From: Candidatus Babeliales bacterium
GTDB taxonomy: Bacteria > Babelota > Babeliae > Babelales > JACPOV01
Length of the DNA: 64,000 nt
NCBI GenBank assembly: GCA_050250855.1
Contig: JBFWNW010000002.1
Location: 69,925-133,924 of the forward strand
Direction of reading: 5' to 3'
The notes beneath the pieces are model-generated. The model ran no database searches and had not been told where the DNA came from. It saw only the letters and a program-made list of their open reading frames with translations. This document shows positions 28,160-35,446 of this stretch, one piece after another. Each line of letters opens with the position of its first letter. Position 1 is the stretch's first letter. The translations under genes and the position numbers were made by a program.

Positions 28160-29485
28160 TTAAATTTCTCCTTGCATATGATCTATAATTGAGCGAATTG
28201 CTGCATTACTTGCAGGCCAAAATAGTTTTTCTTGTGTATCTTGTTCCTTGTGAGGCTCATAAAAAATACCACAAAAATCCAAAATCTTTTTATGCTGTAT
28301 ATCAAGTGCATCTATTTTTTTAAATGCTGTATGTTTTACAAGACATAAGATAATATCAGCCTGTTCGATGCCTTTTTGTAATGAAACACCATCGTGACCA
28401 AAAATTTCTACAATATTCTCATTGTGAATGTATGGATCACAAATCAGTAAATTCATATCAGTAAAAATTGAAAGTTTTTTTGCTATTTCTAATGCTGGTG
28501 ATTCGCGTAAATCATCAATATCTGGCTTATAGGTGAGGCCTAAAATAAGTACGTTAGCTACTTTTTGATGCGCTTGACGCCAACGCTCAATACAGTAACG
28601 TGTTGCTTGAACAACCTGTCTTGGCTTTGCACTATTAACATCACGAGCCATTTTTAAAAGTTTTGTTTCTTCAGGAAATGTTTGCACTAAAAACCAAGGA
28701 TCAACTGCTATGCAATGCCCACCAACACCGCATGAAGGATTTAAAATATTAACGCGTGGATGTTTATTTGCTAATTCAATAACTTCAAAAGGATTTAAAC
28801 CTATTTTATACGCCATTGCAGCAACTTGGTTTGCAAAGGCAATTTCAACATCACGAGAGCTATTTTCAACTAGCTTTACCATTTCTGCTGTTGTTGCATT
28901 AGTAAGATATAATGCTCCCTTTACAAATGCTTTATAAAATAGTTTTGCTTGCTCAACTGATTCTTGGTTTATACCGCCAATAATGCGAGCATTGTGTACA
29001 AGCTCATGAAAAATCTTGCCTGGCAACACGCGCTCTGGACAATGTGCAACAAAAAAGTCTACGCCTGCCTTTAAGGGGGTAAGCATTTCTAATCGCTCAC
29101 CAAGCTTATCAGTAGCTCGGACCGGCACAGTAGATTCTAAAATAACAACGTCACCCTTTTTGAGTACCGTAGCTATTGAAGCTGCAGCATGCCAAATATA
29201 AGAAAGGTCTGCTTCTTTATTTTCTAAAAATGGCGTTGGTACTGCTATAACAAAAAAGTCAGCCGCTTCTATAGCTTGTATAGCACGGAAATTACCGGAA
29301 GAAAGAGCTTCTCGCAATTTCTCCGAAAGCTCTGGCTCTTCTATGACAGGGTCAAAATTATTAATACGTTCAACTTTTTTTTGATCTATGTCAAAACCAA
29401 CAACATCAAAATCTGCATTTGCTGCAACAATAGCTGTTGGAAGACCTATATAACCAAGACCAACTACACATACCTTTTTTTTCAT
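28160..29485 (-). CDS. wecC: UDP-N-acetyl-D-mannosamine dehydrogenase / nucleotide-sugar dehydrogenase
   Basis: KVCVVGLGYIGLPTA N-terminal Rossmann motif and catalytic GGHC motif (PSCGVGGHCIAVDP). 441 aa. Confidence 0.85.
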   Translation of the reverse strand: MKKKVCVVGLGYIGLPTAIVAANADFDVVGFDIDQKKVERINNFDPVIEEPELSEKLREALSSGNFRAIQAIEAADFFVIAVPTPFLENKEADLSYIWHAAASIATVLKKGDVVILESTVPVRATDKLGERLEMLTPLKAGVDFFVAHCPERVLPGKIFHELVHNARIIGGINQESVEQAKLFYKAFVKGALYLTNATTAEMVKLVENSSRDVEIAFANQVAAMAYKIGLNPFEVIELANKHPRVNILNPSCGVGGHCIAVDPWFLVQTFPEETKLLKMARDVNSAKPRQVVQATRYCIERWRQAHQKVANVLILGLTYKPDIDDLRESPALEIAKKLSIFTDMNLLICDPYIHNENIVEIFGHDGVSLQKGIEQADIILCLVKHTAFKKIDALDIQHKKILDFCGIFYEPHKEQDTQEKLFWPASNAAIRSIIDHMQGEI

Positions 29486-29500
29486 AGGAAAAGTTCCTCT

Positions 29501-30685
29501 CTATTTTACTACTAATGTAGGCTTAATTTTTTTGTGATCAAGAACATTAGAATTATCGTGCATAAAAAAATTCTTAATACCTTGTACCATTTTTTCTGCT
29601 GCATAACCATCACCAAAGATAGTACGTTTTTTTGGCTCACTTAACAAGATGGTATCAGCTATTTGTTGTAACATATCAGTAATATTCTTTTCATCCGTCC
29701 CTACTAAATGTGCAACACCTTCCCACACTGCCTCCATGCGCTCTGTTTCGTTGCGCAAAATTAAGGTAGGCTTTCCTAAACTTGCTGCCTCTTCGCAGAT
29801 GCCGCCGGAATCTGATGCTACAATATCGGCCTGTAAAAGAATGTATACTAAATCTTTATACGCTACTGGCTTACACATAAAAATATTTGAAGTGCCATCA
29901 AGACCAACCGACTGAATAGCTTGCAATACGTTTGGATTTGGATGATAAGGATAAATAAAAAATGTATCAGGATTTTTTTGAGCATACGTTTTGATGGCAG
30001 TTAGTATTGATTTAATACCGCCATTAAAGGATTCTCTACGATGCGCTGTTACTAAAATAATTTTTTTACCGTGTTTTTTATTCTCTTCTATAACTGCTTT
30101 AAGAGTAGCATCAATAAGAACTACTTCTTGTTTAATTTTTTCTTCCATAATACGCAAGGCATCAACAACGGTATTTCCTGTGCATAACACTCTTTGTCTT
30201 TCAATATTTTCTGATAAAAGATTTGCTGCTGCCGTTGCTGTTGGTGCAAAATGAAGCTGTGCGACCATAGAAATAAAACGTCGATTCATTTCCTCAGGAA
30301 AAGGTAAATCTATTGTTGGGGTACGCAATCCTGCTTCAACGTGAGCAAGGGGGATTCTTAGGTAAAATGCAGCAAGAGCTGCTGTCATTGCCGTGGTTGT
30401 ATCTCCTTGCACAATAACAAGAGAGGGCTCAACTGACACAAATATTTCTTTAATTTTTTCCAAAACTTTTTGCGTAATATGGAAAAGGTCTTGTCCTGGC
30501 ACCATACAATGCAGTTCAAAATCTGGCTTAATTGAAAAAAGATCAAAAGCTTCTTGCAATAAATTGTTATGTTGATTTGTTGAACATATTAAAACAGGCA
30601 ACTTTGCTCGTTTAAGAGCATAGTAAAGAGGTATCATTTTAATACCTTCTGGCCTCGTTCCAATAACAAGAATAATTGGTTTCAT
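29501..30685 (-). CDS. wecB: UDP-N-acetylglucosamine 2-epimerase (non-hydrolysing)
   Basis: ILVIGTRPEGIKMIPL, VQGDTTT, HVEAGLRT and SDSGGICEEA motifs. Confidence 0.9.
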   Translation of the reverse strand: MKPIILVIGTRPEGIKMIPLYYALKRAKLPVLICSTNQHNNLLQEAFDLFSIKPDFELHCMVPGQDLFHITQKVLEKIKEIFVSVEPSLVIVQGDTTTAMTAALAAFYLRIPLAHVEAGLRTPTIDLPFPEEMNRRFISMVAQLHFAPTATAAANLLSENIERQRVLCTGNTVVDALRIMEEKIKQEVVLIDATLKAVIEENKKHGKKIILVTAHRRESFNGGIKSILTAIKTYAQKNPDTFFIYPYHPNPNVLQAIQSVGLDGTSNIFMCKPVAYKDLVYILLQADIVASDSGGICEEAASLGKPTLILRNETERMEAVWEGVAHLVGTDEKNITDMLQQIADTILLSEPKKRTIFGDGYAAEKMVQGIKNFFMHDNSNVLDHKKIKPTLVVK

Positions 30686-30816
30686 ATAATAATTTTACGT
30701 TTATAAAAACTATATCAAATACATCTGCAAACATACCATAATCGTACTACATAGCAAGATTTGAAATATGAAAATTAGTTGATAAACTGATAGTTTGTAT
30801 AAAAATAGGGAGTATC

Positions 30817-32298
30817 ATGAATACAACATTTTCACATTTTAATCGTCCATATTCTTGGAAAAATTTAAGCTTTCTTTTTATTGCAGCATTCATACTACGA
30901 GCTCTTTTTTTCTTTTTTTATGTACAACATGAAGAGCGTTATCGTCAAGCAGATTCTATGGATTATCATGCATGCGCAGTAAGCCTTGGCGCTGGATTTG
31001 GCTTAGTACATCCACAACATAGAAAGCCTATTTTTTGGCGCGTTCCAGGTTATCCTTATTATCTATCAAAATTTTATACATCATATGGACTAAAGGATCC
31101 TCGCTTTGAAGGAAACCGTGAAGCACAAAAAGCATCAATTTGGTTTCAAATCTTTTTATGCTCCTTTACTCCTATTCTTACTTTTTTTCTTGCGCTCTTT
31201 TTAACAGGATCATTAGCTCTTGCATGGATTACCGGCTGGATTTTTGTATTTCATGTAGGATTCATTCTGGCAAGTACCTATCTGCTTACAGATGGCCTTG
31301 CTACACTATTTTTTTTAATGTTTTTAATACTTTTTTATCTTTGTTTTAATTTTATAGGAGAACAGCGACACTTATCTGCCAATAAATATCTTTATTGCAT
31401 TGGCGCTGCATTAACTCTTTCTGCTTATACGTGGATGAGACCAAATGGTGAATTTATTGCACTTCTTGCTCTTATAATTTTTGCCCTTGCTGCTGGCACA
31501 TGGAGAAAAAAAGTTGTTATGATGATACTCTTTTTTTCTGTATTTTTTTCAAGCATTAGCCCATGGTATTTTAGAAATTACCGCCTTACTGAAAAATGGT
31601 TTTTCTGTCCCATGTCTGGACCTTATCATTTAGCATTTACTGCCCCAAAAATATTACGCAGAGTAACAAAACAACCCCTTGATATCTGTTTGAAATACCT
31701 TTTTTATCAAACTAAACAGGAATTAGACCGCCAAGAAAAAGAATTAAAAATTACTTCGCCCCATCTTTATGTACCGCAAGAATTAGTATGCGGTTCCATT
31801 GCGCGCCAGTGGCTAACAAAATATCCTCATTATCTTGCTTGTGATTGGGCTCGAGAAGTTTCCAAGGCAACGTTTGATTTGTATTCAAGTCAACTTGTTG
31901 CCTTTGCAAATAATAGTTATACCTATGATCCCATTGAAGAATTTTTAACGGAAAAACTAAAAAATTGCATCTATAAACAAGCTATGCCTTGGTGGATGCG
32001 ACTAGTCTGCTGGCTTGAATTAATCTTTTCTCTTTGCGTCTGGTTTGGCTTATTTGGTGGCCTTATTTATTATGTTATTCTTCCTTTATTCTATCTTATA
32101 AGAAAAAAACAACCTCTTCATGCTGTATCTTTACTCTGGATTAAAACAGGACTCATGATAGGGGGATTATTGTTTATGACAGGAGGATTTGGTTATGCGC
32201 GCCTTCGTATGCCACCTGAAGCGCTCATGATCATTCTTTCGCTAACATTTTGGTATTGGTTTTTAGAAAAAAAACATCTTGAGGAGCTTACTCAATGA
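30817..32298 (+). CDS. GT-C fold membrane glycosyltransferase (PMT/ArnT-like), second copy
   Basis: 493 aa, polytopic. YRQADSMDYH acidic loop motif after TM1. Divergent from the wecB operon. Confidence 0.6.
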   Translation: MNTTFSHFNRPYSWKNLSFLFIAAFILRALFFFFYVQHEERYRQADSMDYHACAVSLGAGFGLVHPQHRKPIFWRVPGYPYYLSKFYTSYGLKDPRFEGNREAQKASIWFQIFLCSFTPILTFFLALFLTGSLALAWITGWIFVFHVGFILASTYLLTDGLATLFFLMFLILFYLCFNFIGEQRHLSANKYLYCIGAALTLSAYTWMRPNGEFIALLALIIFALAAGTWRKKVVMMILFFSVFFSSISPWYFRNYRLTEKWFFCPMSGPYHLAFTAPKILRRVTKQPLDICLKYLFYQTKQELDRQEKELKITSPHLYVPQELVCGSIARQWLTKYPHYLACDWAREVSKATFDLYSSQLVAFANNSYTYDPIEEFLTEKLKNCIYKQAMPWWMRLVCWLELIFSLCVWFGLFGGLIYYVILPLFYLIRKKQPLHAVSLLWIKTGLMIGGLLFMTGGFGYARLRMPPEALMIILSLTFWYWFLEKKHLEELTQ

Positions 32299-32813
32299 AA
32301 CATCTTTATGCTCCATGGCGAAAAAAATACGTAGAAGATATTGTTCATGGTAAAAAAGAAAAAACAGAAGAAGGCGAATGCCCTTTTTGCTTAAAAATTT
32401 TATCCCATGAAGATGAAAAAAATTTTATTTTAGCGCGTTTTAAATATTTCACTATAATGCTTAATCTTTATCCTTATAACGCTGGCCATATTTTAATTGT
32501 ATCTAATGACCATAAAAATTGCTTAAAAAATATATCAGCCCAAGCGCGCCATGAACTCATGGAGCTTACCAATGAATCGATCAACATTTTAACTGACGTT
32601 TTAAAAGCAGAGGGCATTAACGTTGGGCTTAATATTGGCAAAGCAAGTGGCGCTGGCATTCCTGCACATTTGCATCAACACGTATTGCCGCGCTGGGTTG
32701 GCGATACTAACTTTTTACCACTCCTTGCTCATACTAAGCAAATTTCAGTGGACCTTGAAGAGCTTTTCCTTAAGCTAAAACCTTATTTTGAAAAGCTCAC
32801 TGCTCACCACTAG
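32295..32813 (+). CDS. HIT-family nucleotide hydrolase/transferase (Ap4A-phosphorylase-like)
   Basis: Histidine triad HLHQHVLPRW, plus NLYPYNAGHILIV and CPFC. ATGA overlap with the upstream gene. Confidence 0.8.
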   Translation: MKHLYAPWRKKYVEDIVHGKKEKTEEGECPFCLKILSHEDEKNFILARFKYFTIMLNLYPYNAGHILIVSNDHKNCLKNISAQARHELMELTNESINILTDVLKAEGINVGLNIGKASGAGIPAHLHQHVLPRWVGDTNFLPLLAHTKQISVDLEELFLKLKPYFEKLTAHH

Positions 32814-32872
32814 GCTGTTGCGTTTTGGTTATAATACATTACTTTAAGTATACATAATCTGAAAGGAAAACT

Positions 32873-33538
32873 ATGCTTAAATTAATGTCGCTGCTACTTT
32901 TATTTCAATTAGAATCACCAGAAATAACAGTAAAAAAGGCCAATCACGATAAAGTATTGGAAATCTATCTTGATATAGCATTTAAAACTGCCTATGAAAG
33001 AGCAGTGAATTATGGATTGTGTGCTTCAAATCTTTCGCATTATATTAAAGATTCACAGGAGATTCCTTCTTTGAAGTATAATGAGAAAAGAAGCATTATA
33101 GATTCTTTACAAAATGAATCTCATCAATATCCTTTTGCTTATATAGCAGGCAAATTTAACTTGGATCATGTAAAACTTTCCCGTCTTTATGATGTCATAA
33201 CCCCCTATGAAATGGCACTGAATTTTTATCTTTATGCTGCTTATACGAAAGGGCTTTTTAGCCGAGAGTATAATCTTCTTGCAAATATATGGCATTCAAA
33301 CATACACCATAAAGAAATGATATTTGAATGCTTCAGCGATAAAGAACATAAAAAGATTCAGGCTCGATGCAAAAAGATTATTAAAAAAGATTTTCGCCAG
33401 CCACTCTACAGTGTGAAGCCAGCCCCTCACAAAAATCCGTATTGGGTTCATCCTCATTCCCCTTATATAGATCACGGGATTAACCCTCATTCATCATGGG
33501 CTAATCATTCAAATATTTATAAATATCAGCCCTTTTAG
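32873..33538 (+). CDS. Hypothetical protein with a His/Pro-rich C-terminus
   Basis: 221-aa ORF with no recognised motif. The last ~7 codons run into the antisense of a HAD-gene remnant. Confidence 0.4.
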   Translation: MLKLMSLLLLFQLESPEITVKKANHDKVLEIYLDIAFKTAYERAVNYGLCASNLSHYIKDSQEIPSLKYNEKRSIIDSLQNESHQYPFAYIAGKFNLDHVKLSRLYDVITPYEMALNFYLYAAYTKGLFSREYNLLANIWHSNIHHKEMIFECFSDKEHKKIQARCKKIIKKDFRQPLYSVKPAPHKNPYWVHPHSPYIDHGINPHSSWANHSNIYKYQPF

Positions 33539-33613
33539 TATACAAAAACCCTTTTATACCAAGAGATTCTGCTGAAGCAATATTTTTCTTTTTGATCATC
33601 AATAAAAACAGCG
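33517..33613 (-). pseudogene. 3'-terminal remnant of the HAD hydrolase gene (copy of 37007..37101)
   Basis: About 97 nt align to the 3' end of 36997..37731 (NIASAESLGIKGFLYTKRADIYK vs NIASAESLGIKGLLYTKGADIYK). A 1-nt indel breaks the frame upstream. Confidence 0.8.
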
Positions 33614-33680
33614 CGAAAGAATATTCTTGCTTTTTATATAAAGAATATGATGTACTTTCTATATAAAAAAAAGGAGAACC

Positions 33681-35117
33681 ATGAAGAATCATTTTAAAAA
33701 ATTACTATTGTTCGGATTACTCGGTGCAATGCCCACAATTTTTGCTGAGAAAATAAAGCTTGAATCAAGCAATGACAAAAAGTTCGAAATCGAAAAAAAA
33801 GCCGCAGAACAATCAATAACTATTAAAAACATGTTAGCAGATATAGGTGAAGCAACTGATCAACCAATTCCTTTGCCCAATATAGATGGAGCAACGTTGG
33901 GGCATATGGTAGAATTTCTTACAAACATAGATAAAAATCCGAAAAAATATAAAAATCCTCAAGAACTAATTACTTTGATTAAAAATAAAAATTTAGATCT
34001 TGAAAATCTTATAAAAATAGTTAATGCAACAAATTATCTTGATATACCTACGCTCCTTGATGCTGCAACTACAGTTTTAGCAGAATATATCAATACCAAT
34101 CCAAGCAATCTTGAAGAAAAAGTCAAAAAACTTCCTTTAGATATTCTAAAACTTGTTATGCAAAAATTAAATTTTAAAGAAACACCATTCAAAACACTTA
34201 TGGAAGATAGATCTGTCACTTCAGTAGCATGGTCACCAGATAGCAAAAAGCTTGCATCAGGCTCAGATGACGGTATCATAAAAACATGGGATACCAATAC
34301 CTGGCAAAAGACACCTCTTAAAGGGCATACATCCTATGTCCATTCAGTAGCATGGTCACCAGATGGCACCAAGCTTGCATCAGGCTCATATGATGATAAA
34401 ACCATAAAAATATGGGATGCCAATAACGGGAAAGAGCTCAAAATTCTTAAGGGGCATACAGGCGATATCATTTCAGTAGCATGGTCACCAGATGGCACTA
34501 AGCTTGCATCAGGCTCAAATGACGAGACCATAAAAATATGGGATGCAAAAAACTGGAAAAAGCTCCAAACTCTTACGGGGCATGAAGGCGCGATTAATTC
34601 AGTAGCATGGTCACCAGATGGCACTAAGCTTGCATCAGGCTCACATGACGAGACCATAAAAATATGGAATGCAAAAAATGGCACAGAGCTCCAAACCCTT
34701 ACAGGGCATACAGCTGAGGTCACTTCAGTAGCATGGTCACCAGATGGCACTAAGCTTGCATCAGGCTCACATGACAAAACCATAAAAATATGGGATGCCA
34801 ATAACGGGAAAGAGCTCCAAATTCTTAGGGGGCATAAAGATTCTGTCTATTCAGTAGCATGGTCACCAGATGGCAAAAATCTTGCATCAGGCTCAGATGA
34901 CAAAACCATAAAAATATGGAATACCAATACCTGGAAAGAGCTCCAAACTCTTACAGGGCATGAAGGCGCGATTAATTCAGTAGCATGGTCACCAGATGGC
35001 ACTAAGCTTGCATCAGGCTCACATGACAAAACTATAAAAATATGGGAACGAGAGTCTGAAATAGGAAAAAAATTACAAGAAGTTATAAAAGAAAAAGAAA
35101 AAACAACCAAAATCTAA
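33681..35117 (+). CDS. Secreted SKP1-like (BTB/POZ) / F-box-like / 7xWD40 fusion protein, copy 1
   Basis: AAGGAGA SD. Signal peptide MKNHFKKLLLFGLLGAMPTIFA. IKLESSNDKKFEIEKKAAEQSITIKNMLADIG...PIPLPNIDGATL aligns with SKP1. LPLDILKLVMQKL follows, then 7 repeats of GH..V.SVAWSPDG.KLASGS.D.TIKIW. Confidence 0.85.
   Translation: MKNHFKKLLLFGLLGAMPTIFAEKIKLESSNDKKFEIEKKAAEQSITIKNMLADIGEATDQPIPLPNIDGATLGHMVEFLTNIDKNPKKYKNPQELITLIKNKNLDLENLIKIVNATNYLDIPTLLDAATTVLAEYINTNPSNLEEKVKKLPLDILKLVMQKLNFKETPFKTLMEDRSVTSVAWSPDSKKLASGSDDGIIKTWDTNTWQKTPLKGHTSYVHSVAWSPDGTKLASGSYDDKTIKIWDANNGKELKILKGHTGDIISVAWSPDGTKLASGSNDETIKIWDAKNWKKLQTLTGHEGAINSVAWSPDGTKLASGSHDETIKIWNAKNGTELQTLTGHTAEVTSVAWSPDGTKLASGSHDKTIKIWDANNGKELQILRGHKDSVYSVAWSPDGKNLASGSDDKTIKIWNTNTWKELQTLTGHEGAINSVAWSPDGTKLASGSHDKTIKIWERESEIGKKLQEVIKEKEKTTKI
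34200..35045 (+). repeat. Seven tandem ~126-bp coding repeats (WD40 blades)
   Basis: tcagtagcatggtcaccaga recurs at 34221, 34344, 34473, 34599, 34725, 34851 and 34977. Confidence 0.95.
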
Positions 35118-35261
35118 AACAAGAACTGCAGCTGGCAATGCATGAAATTGATTTCTTAAATAAAGAATTACAATCATTGCAAAGTGAGCTGGATAGATTG
35201 GTAAAAATGCTGGGATAATCTAAAAGTTTATCGCAAAATTAGAAACTTTTGCAGTTTTATA

Positions 35262-35379
35262 CTTCGATTCGGGTCAAAACCCTTGCTCCCGTCGCCCCCA
35301 AGGCTACATCGGACACCGCAGGGCGAACGTTTATATTAAAGCCGTTTGTGCTGAGTTTATCCAAGCATTCGAACGGCAG
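35262..35379 (-). repeat. GC-rich MITE-like palindromic element, short copy
   Basis: The reverse complement gccgttcgaatgcttggataaactcagcacaaacgg...cgttcgccctg matches 41988.. (gccgttcgaatgcttcgacaagctcagcacgaacgg...cgttcgccctg). GC content is far above the surroundings. Confidence 0.75.
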
Positions 35380-35446
35380 TTAAAGGATATTCTTGCTTTT
35401 TATATAAAGAATATGATGTACTTTCTATATAAAAAAAAGGAGAACC

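Larger units (their letters stand above)
33621..35223 (+). repeat. Tandem duplication unit 1 (leader + WD40 gene + 3' tail)
   Basis: The 60-nt leader is identical to 35387..35446. The coding region and the 106-nt post-stop tail are near-identical to unit 2. Confidence 0.9.

Noticed and set aside
33501-33692. 63-aa ORF on the minus strand overlapping the start of WD40 gene 1
   Set aside because: Its only meaningful part is the frameshifted HAD C-terminal remnant. It overlaps the WD40 gene's leader, SD and start, so I treat it as a pseudogene fragment and not a gene.
35225-35385. GC-rich patches (also 42100-42200) considered as possible tRNA or other structured RNA genes
   Set aside because: No cloverleaf can be drawn: there is no GTTCRA T-loop with a matching acceptor stem. 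The sequences are copies of the same inverted-repeat element.
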